Of a DNA stretch of 64,000 nt, positions 1 to 9,597 are shown piece by piece; the first letter of the stretch is position 1, and every line of letters starts with the position of its first letter. Under the pieces are notes generated by a model. It was not told the DNA's origin and did not search any database. It was given only the letters and a program-made list of their open reading frames with translations. The DNA comes from a virus (taxonomy: Duplodnaviria; Caudoviricetes): IMG/VR virus record IMGVR_UViG_3300032303_002587, positions 1 through 64,000 of that record; one strand, 5' to 3'. Both the position numbers and the translations under genes were made by a program.

Positions 1-1
1 T

Positions 2-2956
2 GAAGGTTCTACGGCAGTAGTAGTTGGTTCAGCAATTTCTGTTCCAGCAAACGCTAATAGTTATGCTATAAATGGAGTAGCTAATTCTTATCTTTTTTAT
101 AAAAATCTTTATTTTAGTATAAATGCTGTTGGCCAAAGCACAGAATCAAAAATTGGAAATAATATTAATAAAAATTTAATAAATTCTTATGAGCCTAACC
201 CAATTGAAGAAAAATTAAAAAATATAGTTTATGCTACAGGCAATCAAACTATTAGTGGAAATAAAACTTTTGCTACTGGCGCAATTTATCTTGGTCCTTC
301 TATTATAAGCGCAAAGAGTGGAATCAGTGCGAATAATGGAATTGGTGGAGTAGGTGGAAATATTTATTTAGATGGAGGAAGTTCTTCTTCAATTCATGGA
401 GCAATAGGTGGTAATGGTGGATTTATTGATTTAAGAGGAGGAGGAGAATGGAACCCCCCAGAAGAGCAAATAGGTAATGGCGGTGCTGGAGGATTTATTC
501 AATTAATAGGAGGAGGTATAACTGAAGATGAGTATGCTGGAAATGGTGGATCTATTCAAGCAAATGGAAATTATCAATCTAATGGTGGTTACATACAATT
601 AAATGCTGGAGGAGAAAATGCACATGGTGGTTATATACAATTAAACGGTGGATCTCAACAATCAGTTGGCGGATATATAGAAGCAAATGGATATTATGCT
701 GGTACAAACGCCGAATGGCATGGTGGTTTTATAAATTTAAATTCTACAGCATTAGGTAGTGGGGGATACATAGATCTTTCATCTAATGGAGGAGTATTAA
801 ATCTTTCTAGAGGTGGAGGAAGTATAATAAGTATTGGCGCAGATAATATTTCGCAAATTCCAGTTAGTGGTGGGTCTATAAATTTAAGCACTCATCCTTT
901 GCCAATTTATACAACTGCAGTTGGTGGTTCAATCAGTTTGCGTGGAGGGGAGTATAATAGGGGAGGGAATATTTCTTCTAATGGTGGTGGAGGAGATTTT
1001 GGAGAAGAAAATATTGGAGGAGATTCTCGTGGAGGAGATTTAATTTTAGATGGAGGAATTGGTCCATTTTCAAAGGGCGGAACAATAAATACATCAGATG
1101 GTGGTGGAAATATTAATACAAAAGGTATTTCATGGGTTCCACCAATAATTGGTCATCAAAATAAAAAAGGTGGATCAATAGATACTTCAATTGCTGGAGG
1201 ATCTATATTAACATATGGAGCATATGATGATGATGGAGAAGATAGTCTTACTAATTTTAGACCTGGTGGTTCTATAAAAACATTTGGATCAACTTATTCT
1301 GGAGGAAATATAGATCTTTCAAATAATAATGGCGCAAGTTTTTCAATTCAAACTGGAAATCTACCAACTCAAAATAATGGTTCAATTTATAATAGAATTA
1401 ACGATTCTTTATATATTAGAAAATCTGGAGCATGGGAAAAAGTACTCACAGATAAAAATTTAATTTTAAATACCACATATTCAAACTTAACAGGATTAAA
1501 AGCAGCTAATAATTTAGTTAGCGGCCAATTATATAGAATTTCAGATTTTGTTCTTAAATGGAATAACCAATCAGCTGTAGATCAAACAGTAAAAACAGCA
1601 GTTTCTGGCGAACCTCTTATTGTAACTGCGCTTGCTAATAATAAAATATCTCACTTAGCTCAATCAGAAACTTATCCTCAAGATACAATTTATTATAATA
1701 TAGATGCAAGTGGATCTTATTCTTGGGGAACTATTAATAATACTGCAGCTATACCAAATTTTAAAGGTTGGATTTATAGAAGAGTAGACAATCTTTTGAA
1801 TATTGATATACCTTATGATTGGAGAAATATAACAGTTAATTGTTGTAAATTAGATGTTAGTTCTGTACCGAATTATTCTGGAAACTATCAATATAATTTA
1901 TTAGATGTTGTTAAATCAACTGGAAACGATATTAATTTTAAAAGACTTTATTATTCAATTGTTACAGGTAATAGTGGTCAATCTTTAGATAATCAAAATT
2001 ATTGGTATCCAGTATCAGATTATAATGAAAGTAGCACTTATTTTGCAACAAATGAAGGAAATTCTTTTTCAACTTTATGGAATGAATCTATAGGTGCGAA
2101 TATGGTAGATTTACCATATCTTAGTAGCACAAGAATTCAACAACCAACATTTACTTCTACTCTTACTGGATTAGGAAAATTTACTTTGAATAATGTTAAA
2201 AATATTAAAATAGTAGGTGGACATAGTAATGTTTTTGTTGGAGAGAATATTTATGATAATACTATTGGAGATGCCTTTGTTTTAAATACTATTAGTCAAA
2301 ATTTTAGTTGCAATAATATTCAATATAGTTTTCAACTCAATATAATTGGAACTAATTTTGGATATAATAATATTGGGAACAATTGTTATTATAATATTTT
2401 TTCATATTCTATTTTTTACAATAATATTGCAGAAAATTTTCAATATAATAATATTGGACATACTTTTACTTCTAATTCTATTGGATCTTCTAGCTATTCT
2501 AATGCTATTAATAATAATTTTTCTACTAATGTAATTGGGCCTGGATTTTCTTCTAATATTATAAACTATTCTTTTTATTATAATACTATTGGGCCTAATT
2601 GTTATGGTAATACTATTGGAAGAGGTTTTGAAGCCAATAATATTGGAAGCGTTTTTCAAAATAATACAATTGGAACAGTTACTCAAAACAATAACATTGG
2701 AAATTCAGTTAATGCTAACATTATAGGAAATTATTTTACATCTAATACTTTATTAAATACTATTACTTTTTTAGTTATTGGAAATAATTTTCAACTTAAT
2801 ACTATTGAAAGCTATAATAACAGTATTAATTTCTCAACTTCAACCCACGTATACAACTCTTATAATAAAACAATATTTGCAAATTCCACAGGCGGTATTA
2901 GATTAAGATATTTTAATTCACAAGATCAGTTAGTAATAACTGATCCAACATCATAA
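2..2956 (+). CDS. Tail fibre / receptor-binding protein, 5'-truncated by the window edge
   Basis: The frame of ORF 899..2956 is open back to position 2, so the TTG at 899 is internal. It contains a VYATGNQTISGNKTF fibre motif, Gly-rich GGxIxLxGG repeats and C-terminal ~11-aa NxIGxxFxx beta-helix-like repeats. Confidence 0.7.
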   Translation, partial: EGSTAVVVGSAISVPANANSYAINGVANSYLFYKNLYFSINAVGQSTESKIGNNINKNLINSYEPNPIEEKLKNIVYATGNQTISGNKTFATGAIYLGPSIISAKSGISANNGIGGVGGNIYLDGGSSSSIHGAIGGNGGFIDLRGGGEWNPPEEQIGNGGAGGFIQLIGGGITEDEYAGNGGSIQANGNYQSNGGYIQLNAGGENAHGGYIQLNGGSQQSVGGYIEANGYYAGTNAEWHGGFINLNSTALGSGGYIDLSSNGGVLNLSRGGGSIISIGADNISQIPVSGGSINLSTHPLPIYTTAVGGSISLRGGEYNRGGNISSNGGGGDFGEENIGGDSRGGDLILDGGIGPFSKGGTINTSDGGGNINTKGISWVPPIIGHQNKKGGSIDTSIAGGSILTYGAYDDDGEDSLTNFRPGGSIKTFGSTYSGGNIDLSNNNGASFSIQTGNLPTQNNGSIYNRINDSLYIRKSGAWEKVLTDKNLILNTTYSNLTGLKAANNLVSGQLYRISDFVLKWNNQSAVDQTVKTAVSGEPLIVTALANNKISHLAQSETYPQDTIYYNIDASGSYSWGTINNTAAIPNFKGWIYRRVDNLLNIDIPYDWRNITVNCCKLDVSSVPNYSGNYQYNLLDVVKSTGNDINFKRLYYSIVTGNSGQSLDNQNYWYPVSDYNESSTYFATNEGNSFSTLWNESIGANMVDLPYLSSTRIQQPTFTSTLTGLGKFTLNNVKNIKIVGGHSNVFVGENIYDNTIGDAFVLNTISQNFSCNNIQYSFQLNIIGTNFGYNNIGNNCYYNIFSYSIFYNNIAENFQYNNIGHTFTSNSIGSSSYSNAINNNFSTNVIGPGFSSNIINYSFYYNTIGPNCYGNTIGRGFEANNIGSVFQNNTIGTVTQNNNIGNSVNANIIGNYFTSNTLLNTITFLVIGNNFQLNTIESYNNSINFSTSTHVYNSYNKTIFANSTGGIRLRYFNSQDQLVITDPTS

Positions 2957-2960
2957 ACTT

Positions 2961-3209
2961 ATGAAAAATATATTTATAATAAAAGACTCTTATATAGATA
3001 ATTCAGTTAGAGTCAACTACTTCGAAAAAGACTTTATTAGAAAAATAAAATTTCATCAATTTAATCAAGGAACAAAAAAATTAGAAATTATAGAGCGCGA
3101 AGAGACTTATGATAAATTGTTATTTTGTGAAAGATTAATTTGGATTGAAAATGAATCTGAATTAGAAGGTGTAATACAAGATAAGAAAACTCAATTAGAA
3201 AACCAATAA
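2961..3209 (+). CDS. Small hypothetical protein, possibly a fibre assembly chaperone
   Basis: 82-aa ORF tightly packed between two fibre genes. The function is inferred from position only. Confidence 0.5.
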   Translation: MKNIFIIKDSYIDNSVRVNYFEKDFIRKIKFHQFNQGTKKLEIIEREETYDKLLFCERLIWIENESELEGVIQDKKTQLENQ

Positions 3210-3210
3210 T

Positions 3211-4851
3211 ATGCCAACAACGATTCATATCACAGATAATGGAAACCAAATTATAACTGGAATTAAAGATTTTAATAATATATTGAATATTAATAGTGGA
3301 TTAAATATTAATAATAATTTATTATATTACTCTCGACCAAGTGGATTTTTTAGTGGAGTAGGAATTACTGGAAGTGGTGATGGTGGGTTTTTCTTAGGCA
3401 GAAATAAAATTTCTCAAAATACTTTACTTTTAAAAGACGAAAATATTGGAAATTCTTTTAGTACAAAATTAATTGATTCAACTAGAAATTGGAGAGGAAT
3501 TGCAATGTCAAGCGATGGCAAATATCAAACAGCAGTAGTATTTGCTGGAGCTATTTACATTTCAAATGACTATGGAAATACTTGGAGAGCAAAAGCTTCA
3601 AGTCAAGATTGGGTAGATGTTAGTATGAGCAGTTGCGGCAAGTATCAAACAGCAATTACAAATACTTCAGTATCAAGTAATTCAAAAATTTATACTTCTT
3701 CAGATTATGGAAATACGTGGACTTTAATTACATCATCTACTTATTGTCAGAAAGTAAAAATATCTAGCGATGGAAAATATCAAGTTATTACAAGATATAT
3801 TGCTAGCTCTGAATATATATTTTCCTCTGATTATGGACAGACGTGGACTCTTTATAATAATATAACCTCTAGCTCTGGCGTAACAGCCGTAGCAATAAGT
3901 AGTGATGGTAAATACATAACTATATGCGGAGGAACTCCAGCAGATTTAATTTATATTTCTTCTAATTATGGAAATACTTGGACAAATGTTGGACCAAGTG
4001 GAATTGGTTTTAAAGAAATAGCGATGTCAAGCGATGGAAAATATCAAATCGCAGCACCAGCATATAGTCCATTTAGCACTCCAAGCAAATATATTTATGT
4101 ATCTTCAGATTATGGAAATACTTGGAATTTTAAAATTTCTGGAGGACAAAGAGATTGGCGCTGCGTTGATATAAGTAGTGATGGAAAATACATAATCGCA
4201 GCAACTTCAGGAAATATTTATATTTCATTTAATTATGGCGAAACCTGGAAATCAATAGGAAGTTCTAAAACATGGTCTTCTGTTAAAATTGCAAGTAATG
4301 CTAAATATATTGCTGCGGTAGCAGATGCAGATTATGTTTATATTTCTAAAACAGACGAACAGATAGATGGAAATCTTTATGTTGATGGTAATTTAACAGT
4401 AAATAACACAGGAGTTCTTTTAAGTGGACAAAATAGTTTTGTAATTAATTTCCAACATGCTGCATGGTCAAGCGCAAATAACACCAATGTATATTTTAGT
4501 AATATTAACTTCTCGTCTTTTACTCCTAATACAGTTGCAGATAGAAGAAAAATTAAAATTATGCAACCTTGTACAGCTAAATATGCATCATGGGCACATT
4601 TTACTACAGCAAAACCTACTAGCGCTATGGGTAGTACTGGATATTTTGTTAATATAACATCAGGCATTTCAGGCATAATAAACACTAGTATATATAATAA
4701 TACTAGTTCAATTTTAGATGTTTATAGTGGCGAAATTAATCCTCCAGTGCCAGTACGTTTTGGAGATGAGGTTACCTGTGGTTGGTATGTGCCAAATTGG
4801 GGAGCGCCAACCAATGCAATAAATTCAGTAGAAGTTTACTTTTTTAATTAA
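3211..4851 (+). CDS. Fibre/spike protein with an Asp-box (BNR) beta-propeller
   Basis: N-terminal GNQIITGIKDF motif like the upstream fibre. Six Sx(D/N)YGxTW Asp-boxes alternate with SSDGKY motifs. Confidence 0.75.
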   Translation: MPTTIHITDNGNQIITGIKDFNNILNINSGLNINNNLLYYSRPSGFFSGVGITGSGDGGFFLGRNKISQNTLLLKDENIGNSFSTKLIDSTRNWRGIAMSSDGKYQTAVVFAGAIYISNDYGNTWRAKASSQDWVDVSMSSCGKYQTAITNTSVSSNSKIYTSSDYGNTWTLITSSTYCQKVKISSDGKYQVITRYIASSEYIFSSDYGQTWTLYNNITSSSGVTAVAISSDGKYITICGGTPADLIYISSNYGNTWTNVGPSGIGFKEIAMSSDGKYQIAAPAYSPFSTPSKYIYVSSDYGNTWNFKISGGQRDWRCVDISSDGKYIIAATSGNIYISFNYGETWKSIGSSKTWSSVKIASNAKYIAAVADADYVYISKTDEQIDGNLYVDGNLTVNNTGVLLSGQNSFVINFQHAAWSSANNTNVYFSNINFSSFTPNTVADRRKIKIMQPCTAKYASWAHFTTAKPTSAMGSTGYFVNITSGISGIINTSIYNNTSSILDVYSGEINPPVPVRFGDEVTCGWYVPNWGAPTNAINSVEVYFFN

Positions 4852-4853
4852 AA

Positions 4854-4928
4854 TTATTTTAATCTTTCAATAAGATAAAATATATAAACGAAAACTGCCA
4901 CACAAATTAATCCAGTAGCTATAGTCAT
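4854..4928 (-). CDS. Putative 24-aa single-pass membrane micro-protein (MTIATGLICVAVFVYIFYLIERLK), absent from the ORF track
   Basis: ATG at 4928 and TAA at 4856-4854 fill the intergenic gap exactly. Hydrophobic core with a charged tail. A GTGTAA motif lies 9 nt upstream of the ATG. Confidence 0.55.
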   Translation of the reverse strand: MTIATGLICVAVFVYIFYLIERLK

Positions 4929-4937
4929 ATAAAACTA

Positions 4938-4963
4938 TTACACAAGGGTTGAATTATGTGTAA
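4938..4963. promoter_or_regulatory. Divergent pair of GTGTAA motifs (putative phage promoters)
   Basis: TTACAC at 4938-4943 (GTGTAA on minus) and GTGTAA at 4958-4963. Each lies 8-9 nt before an ATG (4928 on minus, 4972 on plus). Confidence 0.55.
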
Positions 4964-4971
4964 TGATATAT

Positions 4972-5736
4972 ATGCCAATGCCCCAACCACATAAAGACGA
5001 AAAACAAAATGATTATATGGGTCGTTGTATGCATTTTTTAAGCAAAAAAACTGAAACTCCAAGACCTCAAGATCAAAAAGTCGCTATTTGCTTAAATACT
5101 TATAATACTCCTAAGAAAAAAGCTAAAGCAGAGATTGAAATAGATTTTACAGAAGATATTAAAAACATGAATAAATCACAAGAAATAATACCAACAGAAG
5201 CTCCAAAAGTTGAAGCTAAAGTAGAAGAAGTAGCTAATACAGCAGTAACCGCACCAACTCCAGAAATTAAAATTGAAGAGAATACAGCTTCTTGTGGCAA
5301 ACCAAATTGTGGATCAGTCCAATCAGTAGAAGAAGTTAAAACTGAAGTCAAAGCAGAGAACGATGGTAAAGGCGAATTAATTCAAACTACTTTAATGCAA
5401 ATGCAACAACAATACAAAATATTGCACTGGCAAACAGCCTCATTTTCACAACATAAATCATTTGATGAAATTGTAAGCAGTCTGATAGAAAATACTGATG
5501 AATTTATTGAAACTTATATGGGTAAATACGGCAGAGTAATTGCCGCCAATACCTTTAATATTACTCTTGCTAATTACAAAGATGCAGATTTCATTGCTCT
5601 TACAAACAATTATATTACATTTTTAATTGGATTAAATGATATATTAGATAAAGCTCAAGATTCAGATTTATTAAATATAAGAGATGAGATTCTAGGCTCT
5701 TTGAATCAATTAAAGTACTTACTAAGCCTAGTTTAA
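4972..5736 (+). CDS. Ferritin/Dps-like (DUF5856-like) domain fused to a small N-terminal Cys-containing domain via a Glu/Lys/Pro linker
   Basis: The C-terminal LHWQTxSFSQHKSFDE...DEFIETYMGKYGR...NIRDEILGSLNQLKYLL pattern fits a four-helix bundle. The start was moved from 4963 to 4972 (MPMPQP) based on GTGTAA spacing. Confidence 0.65.
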   Translation: MPMPQPHKDEKQNDYMGRCMHFLSKKTETPRPQDQKVAICLNTYNTPKKKAKAEIEIDFTEDIKNMNKSQEIIPTEAPKVEAKVEEVANTAVTAPTPEIKIEENTASCGKPNCGSVQSVEEVKTEVKAENDGKGELIQTTLMQMQQQYKILHWQTASFSQHKSFDEIVSSLIENTDEFIETYMGKYGRVIAANTFNITLANYKDADFIALTNNYITFLIGLNDILDKAQDSDLLNIRDEILGSLNQLKYLLSLV

Positions 5737-6689
5737 GGTTTAAGTACTATATCGTTACAATCATACATCCAGTGTGGTTCATTCCCTTCAACAAAATCAA
5801 CTTCTATTTCTTCAAGAGCATCAACTCCATAAATCAACTGCTTATCTATTACTGGGCTATATGTTTTACCAGTAGGAGATAAACAGGATGCCCACCAACT
5901 AAAAGATGAATTAGCACGAAATATACTTCTTGCAAAATACAATTTTAAAAAATCATCTAACCAGTCAAATCCTACTTTATCTAAAAATTCAGATCCTTCT
6001 GGGTATCTCCATCCAGCTCTAATACCTTTTGGTCTATCTTTATGCCAAGCTCCAGTATAATCATCTGAAACCCATTCAATTTTTTCTGGATCAAAATCAA
6101 ACTTTTTAAAAGCTCTAAAATATGAATCTTTTGAAACTACTGAATATCCTTGATGATTATTCTTGTTGTATGCTGGATTAGATATATCATCTCGCCTCAA
6201 ATGAGCTATATCATAAGTTCCTTGGCGATCTTCATTTCTTTTGTATACATCTAAAGATTTTATTTCGTCACTAAACTCAAATACATTTTTTATTTCTTTT
6301 AATGACATTGGGTAAAATATTTTTGGATTGTAAGCGCAAACGCTATCAACAAACATATGGTCTGAAAGAACTTTGTATGGCTCATCTTTTGGCATTCTAT
6401 CATCAACTATAATTCTTTGCATTTTTGGAGAAAACTCTTTTAAAGAATGAGTTCGAAAATAAATATTATCTAAAGCTTTTTGAGTTTGATTTAATTTTAA
6501 TCTTAATAAATCATTTTCAATTACTTTATGATATTGATTTTTAAATAATTTAGTACCTTCCCAATCACTAGGAAGATAAAATTCATGACCATTTATTTTT
6601 TGATAATAATATCCATATATATATTGATGTATTCTATTTCCAAATCTACCATTCCAATGGCATAAAACTAATAATTTGTCATCAAGCAT
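5733..6689 (-). CDS. GT11-like (alpha-1,2-fucosyltransferase-type) glycosyltransferase
   Basis: GRFGNRIHQY, IAHLRRDD and ANSSFSWWA match the GT11 motifs GxLGNQxFQY, HxRRGD and NSTFSWW. Confidence 0.75.
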   Translation of the reverse strand: MLDDKLLVLCHWNGRFGNRIHQYIYGYYYQKINGHEFYLPSDWEGTKLFKNQYHKVIENDLLRLKLNQTQKALDNIYFRTHSLKEFSPKMQRIIVDDRMPKDEPYKVLSDHMFVDSVCAYNPKIFYPMSLKEIKNVFEFSDEIKSLDVYKRNEDRQGTYDIAHLRRDDISNPAYNKNNHQGYSVVSKDSYFRAFKKFDFDPEKIEWVSDDYTGAWHKDRPKGIRAGWRYPEGSEFLDKVGFDWLDDFLKLYFARSIFRANSSFSWWASCLSPTGKTYSPVIDKQLIYGVDALEEIEVDFVEGNEPHWMYDCNDIVLKP

Positions 6690-6694
6690 AATAA

Positions 6695-6723
6695 ATTATA
6701 TTATACAAAAATACAAATATCAA
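6695..6723 (-). promoter_or_regulatory. sigma70-like promoter, probably giving a leaderless transcript
   Basis: TTGATA-17 nt-TATAAT, with the ATG (6689) 5 nt after the -10 box. Confidence 0.6.
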
Positions 6724-6729
6724 TAAAAC

Positions 6730-8160
6730 TTAAAGATCCCAAGGTTGAAACGAAGCATCATCACATCCTCCTCCAGCTACTCTAGTTCTACTATATGTAA
6801 GGGTATATTGTATATTCCAAGGCCCAATATATGGCAATATCAATGGATTTTGTGTTTGGTTAGCTACTATAAAATTTGTATAAGTTGCTGGCGATGGCCC
6901 ATTTCCAATCCAATAACTTGGATAATTCCAATATGAGTCTGGCTTTCCATCACCAGCTGCTACTTTAAATCCACCCGCAGAATTTAATTTAAACAAATCA
7001 TTAAAAAAGAAATGATTACCAGTTGGAATAGTTTTAGCGCATGGATCTGATCTTCCATTTCTAATAAAAGTTCCTCCACCTTTACAGGCTCCTCTTGGTA
7101 TAGTATGAGGAGCAGGATAAATACTACCCCATGAGTAATTATTAAAAACAACAGATAAATTGCAAAGAGCAAAACTTGCTGTGTTATCAAAATATATTTC
7201 AGCTGGACAACTTAAAGTACACTGACTTGCCAAAATTTGATTAGTTTTATATGTCGTTACGCCAGTTAATGCTCCGCTCCAAGGAACATCAATTAGTAAA
7301 TTTTTTATTACAGTATTCGTTACTTCAGTATAGTCTTTATATATTGCAACAAAAGCTCCAACAAAAGCTTTTCCATAAGAATGAACTGGCCAAGAAAATT
7401 TATCAATAGAACATTGAGTAGCAGTAAGAGTACTAGTTGAATTAAATTCTGACATTACAAGCCCAGCTTGCTCTTCATTTAATCCATATTCTGCAATATA
7501 CGCAGGATCAAACATTAATACATCTACATTATTAATTCCCCCATGCCCTTTAACATCGCCATCGTTTCCGCGTACCTGCGTAAGAGCATCTTTTAAATAT
7601 TTAGGTAATAAAGATTTTGTTTCTGTGCCAAAACATCCACATTCACTGCAAATTGGATCCCACCATTTTTCCCAAGTATTATATGTTGAAGCAATTCTAC
7701 TTCCCATATCATAGCTTACCCCAACTGCATAATTTAAATTCTTTTTTGAATCAAGCGCAGGAGCTCTTCCCATACAACTTCTTGCCCAAGGACTATCTAT
7801 AATAATTACAGCATCATTACTATTATAAGGACCAAGATTATTACTTCCTTTAGTATTATTATATAATACCCTACTACTATATTGTGTATTACATGGAAAT
7901 TGCAAAAATGTATTTGCTGTGCCAGCTAAAGTATTAGTAGGATCAAATCTTGTTCTTTTGTTAGTAGTAGCATTAGCTATTTGCCATCTATATTCATTAG
8001 CATATGGGACTGGACCATTTTCTGAAAAGTCAGCATCATAAGGATAAGCAAAAACCCAAAATAATAAAGGTATTCCATCTCCCCAATAAGTCACATAATT
8101 CCAATCAAAAAAAGTTTGATATGTATTGAGATCTACTGGTTGGAAAAAACTATTAGCCAT
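6730..8160 (-). CDS. Hypothetical 476-aa protein rich in Cys, Trp and Gly
   Basis: Long clean ORF. TGaTATAAT lies 6 nt upstream of the ATG. No family recognised. Confidence 0.6.
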   Translation of the reverse strand: MANSFFQPVDLNTYQTFFDWNYVTYWGDGIPLLFWVFAYPYDADFSENGPVPYANEYRWQIANATTNKRTRFDPTNTLAGTANTFLQFPCNTQYSSRVLYNNTKGSNNLGPYNSNDAVIIIDSPWARSCMGRAPALDSKKNLNYAVGVSYDMGSRIASTYNTWEKWWDPICSECGCFGTETKSLLPKYLKDALTQVRGNDGDVKGHGGINNVDVLMFDPAYIAEYGLNEEQAGLVMSEFNSTSTLTATQCSIDKFSWPVHSYGKAFVGAFVAIYKDYTEVTNTVIKNLLIDVPWSGALTGVTTYKTNQILASQCTLSCPAEIYFDNTASFALCNLSVVFNNYSWGSIYPAPHTIPRGACKGGGTFIRNGRSDPCAKTIPTGNHFFFNDLFKLNSAGGFKVAAGDGKPDSYWNYPSYWIGNGPSPATYTNFIVANQTQNPLILPYIGPWNIQYTLTYSRTRVAGGGCDDASFQPWDL

Positions 8161-8166
8161 AAATAT

Positions 8167-8197
8167 ATTATATCATAATACTTTGTATTAATATAAT
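8167..8197. promoter_or_regulatory. Divergent TATAAT -10 boxes
   Basis: Minus-strand TATAAT at 8167-8172 (with TG extension) and plus-strand TATAAT at 8192-8197. Each is 6 nt from an ATG (8160 and 8204). The region is AT-rich, so chance matches are possible. Confidence 0.45.
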
Positions 8198-8203
8198 ATA
8201 ATA

Positions 8204-8941
8204 ATGTTACACTATAAAGTATCTTCATTTTGTTCGTTCTTTAAAGGAGAAAAATATATAAAAGGATATATAGAAAATGTATTAAATCAATCGATATTTA
8301 AAGATATTGAATTTATATTTTTAAATTGTAATTCTCCAGAAAATGAAGAAAAGCATATATTACCATTAACTAAAAAATTCAATAATATTAAATATCATAA
8401 ATTAGATAAAGATCCAGGATTATATGCGGGTTGGAATTACGCCATTAAAAACTTATGTTCAGCAGAAATTATAGGCAATTGGAATGTGGACGATAGAAAA
8501 TCTAATAATAGTATTGAAATACTATATAAAGAATTCCAAAGAAATCCAGAATTGGATGTGGTTTATGGTCAAACTTATATATCTAAAATATTAAATGAAA
8601 AATATATAGAAAATGATTTCAGCGAAATTTATCCTTGTTTGCCTCATTCTTTTGATAATTTAATTAAAAATAACTCACCACATTGTATGCCTCTTTGGAA
8701 AAAGTCGCTACATGATAAATTTGGTTATTTTAATGAACAATATTCTGTTGCATCAGATTCAGATATGTGGCTTAGAGCATCTATAGGCGGAGCAAAGATT
8801 AAAATGGTAAATCATCCAATTGGATTATATTATATGAATCCAGAAGGAGCATCTACTAATTTAGAAAAATTAAAACAATCAGTTAATGAAGTTCACGAAA
8901 TGAGAAGAAAATATTTAATATATAAAGGAAATGTAAATTAA
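8204..8941 (+). CDS. GT2-family glycosyltransferase
   Basis: N-terminal GT-A pattern (YIKGYIENVLNQS..IEFIFLNCNS), GLYAGWNYAI, WNVDD and SDSDMWLR. Confidence 0.8.
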   Translation: MLHYKVSSFCSFFKGEKYIKGYIENVLNQSIFKDIEFIFLNCNSPENEEKHILPLTKKFNNIKYHKLDKDPGLYAGWNYAIKNLCSAEIIGNWNVDDRKSNNSIEILYKEFQRNPELDVVYGQTYISKILNEKYIENDFSEIYPCLPHSFDNLIKNNSPHCMPLWKKSLHDKFGYFNEQYSVASDSDMWLRASIGGAKIKMVNHPIGLYYMNPEGASTNLEKLKQSVNEVHEMRRKYLIYKGNVN

Positions 8942-9597
8942 TGAAAATTATATCTTTTTCTCTTTGGGGAAATAATCCAAAATATTGTATTGGTGCAATT
9001 AAAAATGCAGAGCTTACAAGCATAATATATCCAAATTGGATCTCAAGGTTTTATATACATAAAGATGTAGATCAAAAATACATAGACCAAATTAAAAATT
9101 TAAATACGCAAGTATTCATTATGGAAGAAAATCCTGATTGGAAAGGTATGATGTGGAGATATTTTCCAGCAAAAGATAAAGATGTAGAACTTTTTATATC
9201 TAGAGATTGTGATTCAAGACTTAATAATAGAGAAAAATCAGCAGTAGACCAATGGTTAATTAGCGATAAAAACTTTCATATTATGAGAGATCATCCTTAT
9301 CATGGATTCTCTATTTTAGGAGGCATGTTTGGAGCAAAAAATAATGGGTTTGAGATTTTAAATAATTCAATAGCAGAGTTTAATTTTCAAAATTCATACG
9401 GCACAGATTATAACTTTTTTAATAACAATCTATATCCAAAAATAAAACAAGACAGTTTAGTTCATGATGAATTTTTTGATAAAAAATCATTTCCTACAAT
9501 GAGATTAAACAATCAATTTGTTGGTGAAATTTTTGATGAAAATGATAATTCAGACCCAACAGGTAAACAAGCGCTCATTGAATACTTAAATAAATGA
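8941..9597 (+). CDS. Putative GT-A fold glycosyltransferase
   Basis: KIISFSLWG, FISRDCDSRL (DxD) and FHIMRDHPYH..ILGGMFG; lies inside the GT cluster. Confidence 0.6.
   Translation: MKIISFSLWGNNPKYCIGAIKNAELTSIIYPNWISRFYIHKDVDQKYIDQIKNLNTQVFIMEENPDWKGMMWRYFPAKDKDVELFISRDCDSRLNNREKSAVDQWLISDKNFHIMRDHPYHGFSILGGMFGAKNNGFEILNNSIAEFNFQNSYGTDYNFFNNNLYPKIKQDSLVHDEFFDKKSFPTMRLNNQFVGEIFDENDNSDPTGKQALIEYLNK

Noticed and set aside
2230-2956. Diversity-generating retroelement target in the Asn-rich fibre C-terminus
   Set aside because: No reverse transcriptase and no template-repeat copy differing at adenines is seen in the window.
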